DNA of 49,325 nt from Seison nebaliae (GCA_023231475.1 JALJEE010000725.1:1-49325); one strand, 5' to 3'. Positions 1 to 12,607 are shown, counted from the first letter of the stretch. Program-made: numbers and translations. Notes: generated from the sequence alone by a model not told the origin.

Positions 1-35
1 ATTTAAATTCACAGAATTAGTAGATTATGTCTATT

Positions 36-1328
36 CTATACAGTTGTAGTTGTAAATCCACTAGAAAGTAAAGGAATTTTCGATTTCAATTTTGCCTGAA
101 TATATTTTAGTTTATTATTCCTTTAAAGAAAACATTAGGATAATGAATTTAAATAATATGTAACAATCGTTTATTCTTCTTGACGACTAAGCAGATAATA
201 ATTGTCAAGGTTAATTTGAAAATGAGAAGGAGAAAGACATACGGTCCAACAATTTTCATCATTTTCCATTTACTCATCGTAGGTTGGACAGCGAAATATC
301 GAATAACAATTTCTAGATTTTATAAATTATTAAAATTCCTATTTAAAAAAAACCTGGTTTCTTGTTATTAACTTCTGCCGGAATGTTTAAAACAAGTACT
401 AAATTTTTCGTTGAACTTGTTGAATTGGGTTTGATTATTTGATCTTGACCATTGCCCTGAATATAAGAGTTCAATGTTTGTGATTGATTGCTTGTTTGGG
501 AGCGTTGCACATCGTTATTTTGAGTTTTCAAATTTGTTTCGGAAATCGACAGAATGTCCCCCGAAGATGGCAAAGAAGATACAACCAATTGTTGTATTGG
601 TACATTTTGAACGGGACTAAAAGGTAATGGAGTTGCCAGTGATACTGAAGGTGGCGATGGTACTGAAGGTGGTACCGGTGGAGGTATATTCTTATCAGGT
701 GGTAGAATGATTAAGATGTAATAACAATCAGGCAACATATTAGCAACATTAAGTGAATTCTTAGCCGAATTAGCAATCTGACCAATATACGATTTAAAAA
801 AGAAAAGAAAAAAGAAGAAAACTTTATAGACGATAATGTGTAGACGTTTTAAATTCCAAAAACAAGAAATCATAACTTCCTGACTGTTTTCTTTTAATGT
901 TACACTGTGCAGTCCAATTTTCTGTTAATTAAAATTTTTTTGTTTTAAGTTGCAAATTCGAAGAGGATTAAACTATTCGAATATTTGAGATTTCTGATTC
1001 TCCACAAATCGGTTCCGATAGAGACAAATTCGTACGTAGATCATTCGTTGTTATCAACTTATTAATTAACCTATTATTGTCTTGGAATATGTCGTACGTT
1101 ATAGAATCGACATGACTATGTACTTCTATTTTTGATAGTCGACTATTAAAGAGTTAGATGGAATAAACGAAATATAATGCTTATAGAAACTCCGGTTGTG
1201 AAAATGGTGCACATATCATTAAACAAGAAACTAGAAGATAATTTGAAAAAAACTTAATAATTTCAAAGCAATATAAATTTTCCCTAACAAATAATGGCGA
1301 TTGGTAGTAAAGAAAATGTGGTGAACAT
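36..1328 (-). CDS. Orphan type I membrane protein (7 inferred exons): signal peptide, possible FN3-like segment, Pro/Ser-rich stalk, TM helix, short tail ending -TTTV
   Basis: Manual splicing over 6 GT-AG introns gives MFTTFSLLPIAIIFSCLMICA...; includes most of ORF 343..873; TM segment YVFLLLIFKLTLTIIICLVV followed by KKNKR; stop TAG at 38-36. Confidence 0.6.
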
Positions 1329-1581
1329 TGTAGATTTGGTTAGATGGTTTCGTTTCAAAAAATTTGGTTAAAACGGAATTAAAGAAAAAAATGAAATTAT
1401 TATGAATTGATATTTCAACTAATAAGAATAATAGAATTTCTCAAAAACACATTGTGTTCATGTCTCATTTTATTCGATTCGACTTTTCAATTTTCCTTTT
1501 AATTTTTCAAAGAGTTTCTTAAATTTATTTCAAAATAAAAAATATTCAACAAAACATTTATTTGACAAGAACATGTTTAAT

Positions 1582-2416
1582 TTAATAGTTTAGTGATCGT
1601 TTACTGGTGAGTGGCCGATGAGCCCCAACCAAAGCCTTTGCTCTATTCTGGACAGTTTCGGCGAAATAATCAGCATCTCCTAATGCATCCTTAAAAGAAA
1701 GAGAAATCACATTTCTATTGTGTCAAATTGATAAACTAACAACTAATTGATTTTTAGAGACGGCCAATCTTTCTTCCATTTGCAGATTATCGTCCACGCG
1801 AATTCCATTTAAAGATTTTTGTAATTTTTGCAGATCACGAATACACATTCCAATTCTGTCAGCTATCTTTCGAAATGAATCCGCCAAAATACCAACATCG
1901 TCCGTTTGTTTCGTTACCATGGCAACGTCCTCTTGTAGATTTTCCATCGCTTTCCGGACAGTTAAATGATCTTTCTCTATCTTTAAAATGTTCCGAAGTT
2001 TTTCATCATCTTCAGTTCTTAACTGTGTCAATTTGATAAATAATTAAATTAATTAATTTATTTAAATTAAGATAAAAATCCCACCGTTTGTCCAATCAAC
2101 ATAATAACATTCCCACTAAATATTCCAAATCTACTTAACATTTCCTTCTTATGATTATGCAATGCTTGTCCTCTAAATATGAGTCGTTGTTCGTTCATTG
2201 GTACTCTGGTTTTATTTTCCACTTCATACATCAATTCCTCAACCAATGCTTGATGATTGCTATAAATTTGAATAGGATATCTATCCGAGCCTAATAAGTT
2301 TTTTTTTATTAATCAATGAAATAAAATAGATTATTATTAATTAAAGAAAAATGTTGAGAAATGTTGATAGAACCATGATGTAATTCGATCTTTAAAATAT
2401 ATGTCTTCGCATCCAT
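1582..2416 (-). CDS. BAG1: BAG family co-chaperone, BAG1-like (ubiquitin-like domain + BAG domain), 4 exons
   Basis: Spliced product has UBL signature VPMNEQRLIFRGQAL...GIFSGNVIMLIG, then a helical BAG-like region (ORF 1723..2031, EDDEKLRNILKIEK...KNQLV); same architecture as BAG1. Confidence 0.75.
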
Positions 2417-2801
2417 TTGTATTTGTTCGTGAATTGTTTTAATGAATTAATGTTAGTTCTCTTTTAAAAGTTCGAGTAATTTAACTGAATAGAAATACTA
2501 TTTGTTTGCTTTCTTCCTGAATGTTATATGTGTCTCCAGTTCCTTGACTACCATTTCTACGTCTGTCCTTAGCTTTCATTTTTAATGAAAACAAAAAATT
2601 CTCGAAAAAATTCCCAAAAAGTGTCACGACTCGTTCTATTGAATAGAAAGCTCTCATCTTACAATTCATTCTCTTCTCAATTAACATTTCTAAAGAAGAT
2701 TTATCTATTTTTAATAGAGTTTCTTTGAATTTATTCTCAGGGAGATTTTCAGTTGAATATGAATAAAAAGCTGAAAAAAAGGGAGTTGTAGGAAAGTCAA
2801 C

Positions 2802-4604
2802 ATGAAAGTATTTAATTGTAACATCGGCATATTGGGACATGTAGACAGTGGGAAAACTACTCTTGCTAAATGTCTGAGTGAAATTGGAAGTGTGGCATCA
2901 TTCGACCGAAATCCCCAATCGAAAGAACGTGGCATAACTATTGATCTCGGATTTTCTTCCTTCAAATTACCATTAGAAAATGAAGAAATCCTCCAAATTA
3001 CTTTGGTAGATTGTCCAGGTCATGCGTCGTTAATTCGATCAATTATCGGTGGCGCTCAAATTATCGATCAATTAATTTTGGTGGTCGACATAACGAAAGG
3101 AATTCAAGCTCAAACTTTTGAATGTATCATTTTGGCAGAGATATTAGCCGAACAGAATGTCACAATAATTTTAACGAAAACTGATTTGTTGGAGAAAGAA
3201 AAACGACAGAAATTAATCGATAAAAGAATCCAATCTCTCAAGAAGATTTTATCGAATAAAACTAAATTGAAAAATTTAAAATTCTTCCCAATCTCTTTAA
3301 TGAGTGAAGATGTTGAAAATGATAAGATTAATTTAAAAAAATTATTAAAAGAACAAACGAATATTGGAGAGATCAGGAAAAGATATGATGACAATATAGA
3401 AAATCCTCAATTATTAATGGCGATTGATCATTCATTTCAATTAACAGGAGTTGGAACTATTTTGACTGGTACGATTCTCAGAGGAAAATTATCAGTAGGA
3501 CAAATGGTAGAAATTCCGAAATTGAAGGAAAGTCGTAAAGTGAAGAAAATCGAAAGATTTCATGAATCAATTTCTCGTGCATATATCGGCGATCGAATTG
3601 CTGTTTGTATTCAACAATTAACAGTGAAGGAAATTGGACGTTGTCTTGCTGTCACACCAGATAGTATGCATTTGGTGAAAACATTTATTATTCGTTTATC
3701 ACCCGTCAAATATTTTCGTCATACTCTTCGAACAGGTCGTCATTTCCATTTGTCATTGAATTATGATACAGTTGATTGTACAATCGATTTATTCCAACCA
3801 TCAAATCAACCTCTCGTCAGTTATGTTTCGAGTAGAGAATATGAGGAAGAAGAAGAAGAGAAGAAGAAATGTGGTGAAATTGTGATTGAGAAAAATTTCG
3901 ATTTAACTCGAATTTATTCATATATCGAAGAGATTGATTGTGAAGGAAAAATAGTGGATGATCGATGGTATGATAAAGATAATATAAATAATAATTTAAA
4001 TAAACAAATTTTTGCCGTTGTTCATGCTCAACGTCCATTTTTATTACCGAAAAATGAAGGAAAATCTATTAAGCTTATCGGCTCTCAATTGGATATGACT
4101 ACATCAACATCATCAGATGTATCATGTCGAATTGCTTTCTCCGCTGATTATCTCATTTCTCTAACCGAAGTCACAACTAATGAGGAGAATACTCGAATGT
4201 TAACGAGTGATGGACAAGTAGAATATAAAAATCAATTGAAAATTTATAAATCTTATGAACGGAAAGGAACCGTTCAACGCATAACTGATGACGGAATAAT
4301 CTGTTCTAATCTAGTGAAGAAACAATCGAGTATTCAACCATTCATTGGATGTCAAGTGGCAATTGGTGAGCAGAAATTATTAGGAATAATTCAATCGTTT
4401 TTTGGTAAGAGTGGGAAAATTTTGATAACTCTCTTCAATTCAAGTTCTTCATTTTTCTTTTCATTATTCAAAATATTTTTCGTTGAAGATCCAAAAATAG
4501 ATTTAGAAAAAGAAAAGAAAAAGATGAAAATTGGTGATGAAGTTCTATTTAAGTATAGGAAATATACTTATGGATTCAATTCGAAACGGATGTGTCAAGG
4601 ATAA
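2802..4604 (+). CDS. EEFSEC: Selenocysteine-specific elongation factor eEFSec (probable in-frame 45-nt intron at 4444-4488)
   Basis: NIGILGHVDSGKTTL, RGITIDLGFS, LVDCPGHASLIRSIIGGAQIID, DHSF, GDR, CRIAF and FGKSGK motifs typical of eukaryotic SelB/eEFSec. Confidence 0.95.
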   Translation: MKVFNCNIGILGHVDSGKTTLAKCLSEIGSVASFDRNPQSKERGITIDLGFSSFKLPLENEEILQITLVDCPGHASLIRSIIGGAQIIDQLILVVDITKGIQAQTFECIILAEILAEQNVTIILTKTDLLEKEKRQKLIDKRIQSLKKILSNKTKLKNLKFFPISLMSEDVENDKINLKKLLKEQTNIGEIRKRYDDNIENPQLLMAIDHSFQLTGVGTILTGTILRGKLSVGQMVEIPKLKESRKVKKIERFHESISRAYIGDRIAVCIQQLTVKEIGRCLAVTPDSMHLVKTFIIRLSPVKYFRHTLRTGRHFHLSLNYDTVDCTIDLFQPSNQPLVSYVSSREYEEEEEEKKKCGEIVIEKNFDLTRIYSYIEEIDCEGKIVDDRWYDKDNINNNLNKQIFAVVHAQRPFLLPKNEGKSIKLIGSQLDMTTSTSSDVSCRIAFSADYLISLTEVTTNEENTRMLTSDGQVEYKNQLKIYKSYERKGTVQRITDDGIICSNLVKKQSSIQPFIGCQVAIGEQKLLGIIQSFFGKSGKILITLFNSSSSFFFSLFKIFFVEDPKIDLEKEKKKMKIGDEVLFKYRKYTYGFNSKRMCQG

Positions 4605-4693
4605 ATACAGAAAGAAATTTGTTTTTTATTTTTCCAAGAAAAATATTTAAAAAAATTCTTTGCAGGAAATGTAATTTTAAAATAAAAAGAATT

Positions 4694-5002
4694 CTAATCA
4701 ACATATTTCACACGATATTTGGGTCGTTTGAGTAAATCATATTGAGAGGGACCGCGACTTTTTCCAGGACCGACTTGCATCATAAGAAAAGTTCGAAGAC
4801 GTTGATCTTGTCTCGAACTCCAAAGTCCTTTCGCTTTCATCAAATATGGCGATTTCCAGTATCCCCAAATTCTGTACCAATTTCCCTGAGTCTGAGTTAT
4901 GGGATGTTGTTTGGCAGCCTCGAATTCATAATGGTTCGGTTTCTTTACAAATCTCTTAGGTAAAACGGCAGTTCTCATCAATATTGTGTTGATAAATCGC
5001 AT
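4694..5002 (-). CDS. Probable divergent mitochondrial ribosomal protein L35 (bL35m)
   Basis: Basic 102 aa with an MTS-like N-terminus; YRIWGYW, KGLW, QRLRTF and KYVD align by eye to the animal MRPL35 pattern (RLHxGxW, KxLW, RLRxF, YVDD). Confidence 0.5.
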   Translation of the reverse strand: MRFINTILMRTAVLPKRFVKKPNHYEFEAAKQHPITQTQGNWYRIWGYWKSPYLMKAKGLWSSRQDQRLRTFLMMQVGPGKSRGPSQYDLLKRPKYRVKYVD

Positions 5003-5163
5003 AATTCCTACTTCAACACTTTTATGAAATTATTAATTATGTAAACTTAGAATTTGAATGTTTGAAAAGGAATTTATTTAAGAAAATTTTTGAGTTAAGT
5101 TCAATTTTGACGAGGTGTAATGAGAGGGGAAGAAGAAGTAGAAGATTAAAAAGTTCGATAAAT

Positions 5164-6270
5164 TTAGAAAATGATTTCATTCTTCTTATCTACCATCTTC
5201 TTGTGCTTTTGTAACCATTTTTTCAAATAACGTCTCATTAGACGACGAACCGCATTTTTTCCTCCTTTTCCTTTACTCTTATTTTCTTTGACGATAATAT
5301 TCGTATTTCGTCGATCACTCGCTCGTGGTTTTACTTCACTGTCAAACATAACTTTCGAACCATTGTCACCACTAACTGAAACTTCTCCGTCAGCCATCTC
5401 ATCGATTGTTTCAGCTTCACGTCTCTTATTCGATTTGTTCTTTCTGTCATTCACTACAATATTAGTTTCAGCTTCTTTTTTCGTTTGTTCATTTACAACA
5501 ATATTCGTATTCCTTCGTGCTTTCTTATCAGAAGTGCGCGTCTCATCTACCATAATGTTGGTATTTCTTTTCAAATTATCATTATGATGTCTCCGATAGA
5601 ATTCACGATATTTACGGAATTTGGCGAGGATATTTCGTTTCATTAAATCTTCTTTTTCCAGTGCTCGTTTTTTATGAGATTGATTATCGAAACGAATCGT
5701 TTCTCCATTTTTCTCCTTCTTCTTTCCTTTACTTCCATCGTCATTCACCACTATGTTTGTATCACGTCGTTTCAATTGATCCATATGATCTTTGGATAAC
5801 GATTGATTATTTGAATAATATGGACTGGTATTTTCCTTTCCATTCAATTTATAATCATTTATAATTATATTCGTATTCGGTCCATGTTTCTTTCCATTTG
5901 CATCCTTTACATCCGATGTCAATTGATTAACAAAAATATTCGTATCTCTCTTCTTTTGTTCTTTCTTCTTGTTATGTTTACCTCCTTTACCTTGATCATT
6001 CACCACAATATTTGTATTCCTTTTCTCCTTCTCCAATTCCTTCTCATTCTCCAACTGATAATCGAGAAGAGAACTTCGTTGGAGAATCTCCAATAACTTG
6101 TGTTGTTTCTCTTCGTCCGATGATCGTTCACTTAACTTCCCATTGTCTTCTGTCTCTTGATAATCTATTCATCAATTATATTCACAATTGAAATATGTTG
6201 AGAACTAACCACTTAACTTGAATGCATTAATTGCAACGATAAATAAGAAAAAAATTATGAAACTCTTCAT
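5164..6270 (-). CDS. Secreted multi-copy peptide precursor (about 353 aa) with repeated [NDE]TNIxV motif behind dibasic sites
   Basis: Exon 1 (6270-6210) encodes signal peptide MKSFIIFFLFIVAINA; a 45-nt GT-AG intron (6209-6165) joins it in frame to ORF 5164..6093; 8 motif copies. Confidence 0.85.
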
Positions 6271-6706
6271 TGTCGATTGGGAAAGAAATCGAATTATTGT
6301 AAAATTAAAAAATTGTTCTAATTCAAAATTCTCTTGATTTCCTTCTCTATTTATTTATATCACTCAATTTCCTCATTTGAAATTAGCGCAAATTTTCATT
6401 TTTCAGCGCAATCTTTTCCTTCAATTTCTATTTCAACTCTTTTTTCTATTAGAAATTTTCCAATAATTTTCATTTTCCCTCAAAGTAACTTCTAATTTGC
6501 AACTCAAATTTATTATTTGTAAGAAAATTATTCTAGAAAATTAAAATTATGAAGACAAACAACTTTAATATTTAAAAAATGAAAAAAAATTGAGAATTGC
6601 AAAAAAAACATTAAAAAGATGAAAATTTTGAGAGAAAGATGTTTCTAATTCTAAATGTAATTTTCTTTAGCCAATTTGACACTTTCATAATAATCGACCA
6701 ATTCCA

Positions 6707-9700
6707 TTATAAACATTTTCGTTTGTTATAAGGTAATGGCACACAGATATTTGCGCATCTTCCATTATCATAAGAACATTGAGTTTGTTCATCTAAACAA
6801 ATAGTTTAAGTTTCACATGAATTCATTTTTTTCATAAATTAAGAACTTGGACAGGATTCTTGGACGGTTGTTATACCGAAAATTTTTCCATTAGCTCCAT
6901 ATGCGAAATTTACAGATTCCTTTTCTTGAGGTATCGGTGACAATAATGTGACACGACCAATCCATTTCCTAAATTACAAGATCGATATTAAACTGATAAT
7001 AATAAAGAAGAACTTTGTCCAATCGGTCCAATAAATATCTTTTCCATCGAAAGCCAATCCGAAAGGAGCCTCCACTTTCGATCTTCCTTGAACAATTGTT
7101 CTAAATTTGGAAATACTAACAATCGTCTCGTCATTGGCCGAACGTTTCAAATAAACTTTGAATTAAATTGATAAAATTAAAGCTATTATACTATATGATA
7201 AGAATAACTAACTTTCGGCACATTCAATTTTATGATGACCAGCATCAGCCCAACATAATTCCTTTGTTGCATCCACCCAAATGACAGCGTTTGGTAATAA
7301 AAGTTTCCTTCGATTTAACAACACATTCCGATTACTTCCATCCATAAATGAACATTCTATTCGAGGATTATCTCGTTGCCAATCAGTCCAATAAATAATT
7401 CTTTAAAATCCAAATATGAACTTTCTTTATAAAATAAAAATTCAGTTAAATTCCAAACCCATTCTTATTATCGATCGCTATCGATCTCGGCATTCTTAAT
7501 CCGTTATCGACAATTACTTTTTCTTCTCCTGTAATTCCCGGATTTTTCACAATTATTCGATTTCTATCTGTATCAATTGCAAATATATTTCCTGTATTAT
7601 GATCAACTGCCATTCCTTCCACAATCACGTCGTCTATAATTGGAAGAAATGTTTGAATAAATTTATCATAATAATTTTATTGTAACAAAGTAAAGTTCTC
7701 ATTTCGTAGCCATCAAGTTTAGCTTGATATACCGTCCTTTTATGGAGATCAGACCAGAAAATTTTCTGTCTACTACAATCATAAGTTACAGCCACAGCCT
7801 GTTGTTGAGGAGTATAAGAAATTTGTGATGGTTGTTCTCGTTTCCTGTTACTTGTGTCAACGGTCATGACATAATTTGATTGAGCATATGCCAATCGATG
7901 TCCTCGAATTTGTGAAGCAGAACGACATCTACCAAAAATTATTAAGAAATTTATAAATTAAATTTTGAAAAATTCGATCTAACTGAAAACCATCTCCAAT
8001 GAATCCTAAACGACAAACACAATAATATGTCTGACTGATTGGATGGAGGAGACATTCGGCGTTTATATCACATTGTTTCGCATCTAAATCACAACGACCA
8101 GAAACGCCAACTAATCGACAATCATGACCAGTTCCATCGAAACCGGCTTTACATTGACATTTCTTCGTCAAATGATTACAAGTTGCTCTTGATACATCGC
8201 AGATGGATGGATATTCAACACAAGATAAAGGATTACAAATTTTACCATCACCATTAAAACCGGTTTTACATCGGCAAACGGTTCGTTGTATTCGAGGATG
8301 ATTCGCACATTCCCCTCCCACAATATCACAATCTTTATTCGATCGACAAATATCTGGAAATATTTTTAAATTATTTTAAATTTAATGATTGGATTTGAAT
8401 GGAATAAACAATTAGAATTTGGTTCACATTCTTTTTCATATGGAACATAACCAAATTTGCATCTACAATTCCTTCGATGAGATCGATAATCCGTTTCGCA
8501 AACCGCATTTGGATCATTATTCAAATAACTTGTGTCTATTGAGGAAGAATGAGAAAAGTAAATTTTGAATAAATATATGATAAAAATTAAACCTTTCACT
8601 GCATAATGATAATTCGGTCGTTTAATTGTTCCTTGTGGTGTCTCGTCATATGGATGGACACATTTGTTACCGATGAGGACGTATTTATCGTTACATTTAC
8701 AGGAATAACTTCCAACGGTGTTTGTACAAATCGACGCCTTTCCACAAATATCATGTTCCTTCGAACATTCATTAATATCTTTAATAAAATAAAATTTAAA
8801 AATCCCTAAAAATTCTTAAGACTAAAAATTACCTTGACATTGTTTACCGTCTCCTTCGAATCCTTTTCGACATTCACATTCAAATCTCCCATATGGGTCA
8901 CGTTCACATTTGGCATTTAGGTCGCAGTTTAACGAGATACATTGTTTCCATTCATCATTCTCATTCTCTTCAATTGAATTTATTGATATTGAATGATAAT
9001 GAAATATCTACTAACTATTCGGATAAACGAGAGATCTCTGTTGGAATTTAATATTCACATAATGATTATCGGCAGCAGCTGATGAATCGACAAATGCATA
9101 TGCCATAGGTTCCAATAATTTTAAAACTGATCCATTCTCTTCGAATTGTCGAATATTCTGGTCCTTTACAAAAGAAATAAATTTAAATTTAATCAAGAAA
9201 TTATGAACGTTGGAGGGACATGATTCATCTTCTTCATATGTAATTATATCATCCACTTCGATCGTAACTACTTCTTGTTTTTGAGGATTTCTTTAACAAT
9301 TCACAAATTATAAGGAAAAAATTAATTAGAAAAAAATTAACTGATTTTCTTCTTTTCCCGAATGAATTACAGCAACTCGATATGTGGCCAAACCTCTCAA
9401 TTTACCCGGACCTACTTTATATAACTGAAAAAAATTTTTTTTTATATTATTAAAAAATGAATATATTCAAATAACTTTCACATTATGTGGTTCTATTCTC
9501 ATTCGTTCGGGATACATCCGAGGGAAATAAGGACCGAGTAATGGTAAATTACCATTAATTTCCATCGAGGCTGAGATTTTTCCTTGAATAGAATTCGGTG
9601 CCAATTCTTCCAAACCATTAAACTGTTGTTCCACTTTTACTACAGTTTTCTTCTGCCAAAACGTAAAAGTTAAAGATGACGTTCGATGAAACTTCCCACC

Positions 9701-12607
9701 GGTTAATCGAAGTAACGAAATTCCGGAGATATTCCGTCCATTTATCACATCATATCTCTCGGAAGATGCCAACCAGATACTTGCATAATCAACACCATAT
9801 AACATAAAATAATAATATAACGGAATTTCTTCAAAGAGTGGACGATAGACTTGGTATGATAAACCGTCAAGTATTCTACCGGTGGCCCAATATTCAACAT
9901 TTTGTGGTGGAGCCTTGCTCGAAATTCCACCATATTTAAATTGAATTGGTATACCATTCAAATTACCTTTAACTGATGATTGGATAATTAGTTGTCCGAT
10001 ATTCGGTAAACATTTCTTTCCATTTCCAACATAATCGACAGGACAACTACATTGATTCTCTGTGATTTGTTCATTGAAATTTTTCTCTTCATTCACTTCA
10101 TTCAACGGAGTAGTTTTATCGATAACTGTCTCTATTCTCACTCGAGGTGGGATGGCTTGTTTCAATTTATTCTCTTCAATTTTCGGTGTCTGTATGGACG
10201 GTGAGATATTTGATGATAAAGTGAAGATTTGTAATCCCTGAATGGATGGACAAGTATTATAAGTTAACGAACGGAAAATATCAGCTTTCGATCCCGCATC
10301 ATCTGTACATGTAAATTGGTAGATAGTCGATCGGTCTTTCGTCAGAATATAGCCACATTCCATACCAAGAGGTGCCACATCCAAAGTTGCAGGTAACAAA
10401 TAATTTCCATTAATATCCGTTTGAACATATTGATGGAGTGCATAAGTTTTATCTTTACCAGAAACGAGAATTAACTGAACAATAATTTTACCGAATTTTG
10501 GATCGTCATTCGTCAAATCGAAATGCCAAGTGATGACAATCATATCATTAAGTTCCGCTTCAATCTCACCGGAATAAACATCCGTCAAAATTGATTTGAC
10601 TCTTTCATTCGGTGTAAATTGCAATTTGAACGACCATTTTTCCACACGACCTTCGTTGAACAAGAGAGGAACAATCGAATTGACATGATGAACAGTGTTG
10701 AACGATATGAATTCTTCCGGTTCTGTCGTATCCTTAGTTTTGAATATGACGATTGCATTCCGTTTATTAACCAAAATCGATTCAAACGGTTCAGATGACA
10801 TAGCTTTCCATTCATTCTCTAAATTAATATTCACCCAATCTGATGTGGAATTATTTGCTTGTAACAATAATAAAGTATGTTCTTTTGGATCAATGATCAA
10901 TTCTTTCAATACCTCGTCACATTCTTCATCTTCAATAACTTTCTCTTCATCAGTTAAATTTTTCTCATTTTCATCTTCATAATTTTTAATTGTTTTTTCA
11001 TCTTCTTCGTTTTTATCATCTGATGATTCATGATCTTTATTGTCATCTTTGTCAATTGACTGTTTCTTGTCTTCTTCATCTGGTGATTTTTCTTCATCTT
11101 CGTCGTCAGTTTCAGGTTTTTTATTCTCATTATCTGATATTTTAATAATTCCATCATCTGAGGTAGATATGTTTTCCGTTATCGATTCAGTTGTAGGTAA
11201 AATGTCATTTAGTTCCTTCTCTTCAGTTGGAGAAGGAGATGTTGAGTCTTTCTCTAATTCTGGAACGTCTGAGAAAAAATCGATTTCTGTGCTTTGACTT
11301 TTTTCAATTTTGTTCGTCAATAAATCAGAATTAGTTGTTACGTCTACATAATCGACATAATCATCTAACATTGTATCGGAGAATGATTGGTCGTTTACTG
11401 TTGTCCATTGTTGTATTTCACTAGCTAAATCATTTAAGGCGGTTGGAAAAACAGTAGTTGGTTGTTGCTCAATATTTATCGATGTCTGATCAGTAGACGA
11501 ATTCAAAATTTCTGTATTTATATTTGTCTCTTGATCTTCTACAAATTCACTTATCATCGAATTGGAATTGGTACTTTGTTTTCTTTCAGTTATAAAATCT
11601 TCAGCTTCTTCTTTTTTATCAGATCCAATCGTTACATCATTGGGTTGTTCGGTGGAGAAGTCGACAAAATTCGTTGTTTCAGAACTTTTATCATTAGTTG
11701 CACTAATGAGAATATTCTCTTTCGGATTTTCGGTAGTGTGTTCATTAAATTCATCGACAAGTTCAGCGGTCGTTACTAAATCATTGAATTCAGTAGGAAA
11801 ATGATCTTTAGTAATTCCGGTTGTTTTCCATTCATCCTCTTCTGTTGCAATCTCTTCCGTTACTTCTCCTTTCACAAGATTTGTAGTTGATACATCTGAA
11901 GATGAATTTGTTTGTTCTAAATTTTTATTAAACAAATCCGTTTCCAATTCCATCGATGTTAATAAAATCAATGGAGATGTACTTGTTCGAAAGTTGGCCA
12001 ATTCTGATGTTGTATCATCGACTCCCTCCGTTTCCATGGCAATCGAAGAATCTTTAGTAAAATGATCAATTTTTGCACTTGGGTCAAACGAAATTTCATT
12101 TAGATTCATTGTAGTCTCATCCTCAATTGGAGATATTTTAATTTTTGAATTAGTAGAGGGTGAGTTGGTTGTTACTGATTCGTTGTCAATTGGAACATTT
12201 ATAAGTATTTCCGTTTGATTCGAAGTGTCATTGGAAAACTGATGAAAGAAAGTTCCATTAGACAAGTCGATATTGATAGTTTTATTTCCAAAATAATCTT
12301 CGACCGGTGCCAAGGCCACATTCTCGTCCATGTAGTTTCCATACGGTAACGATCCATTTAAAAAGTCACCATATTCTTCATAATTACTCACATTCTTGTT
12401 CTGGTCTACATTGTCCATTAATTTACTCAACTCCTCAGAGTTTTCGAGTTCGTTAACTAATTTTATCAGTTCATCATCATCTTCAGTATGATTCGTATTA
12501 AAATTACTCTCCAATACTTTTTCCACATCTTCGTACAATTGGGAATTCGTCCTTTCGCCAGAGATCCTCAAGATCAACAGACCAAATAGAAGAAAAAACA
12601 TTTTCAT
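6707..12607 (-). CDS. Nidogen/entactin-like basement-membrane protein, multi-exon
   Basis: Signal peptide; long acidic S/T-rich region; NIDO-like segment (MIVITW...QLILVSG..TYALHQY); EGF; G2F-like segment (GISLLRLTGGKFHRT); several EGF repeats; LDLR-B/YWTD propeller (IFWSDL, IYWTDWQRDNPRIE, LCWADAG, IYWTDW); terminal EGF-like, stop at 6709-6707. Domain order matches nidogen. Confidence 0.8.

Noticed and set aside
2481..2965. Minus-strand ORFs overlapping the EEFSEC start
   Set aside because: No homology, and no in-frame splice to BAG1 found; treated as promoter/UTR sequence.
4444..4488. Hydrophobic SSSFFFSLFKIFFV segment in the eEFSec ORF as a membrane anchor
   Set aside because: It is best explained as a stop-free 45-nt GTT...AG intron; similar in-frame introns occur near 780-825 and 14367-14417.
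9745..11804. Many overlapping or antisense ORFs within the nidogen-like exon (similar ones in presenilin, the peptide precursor and the RTK)
   Set aside because: Shadow frames of biased coding sequence with no independent signatures.
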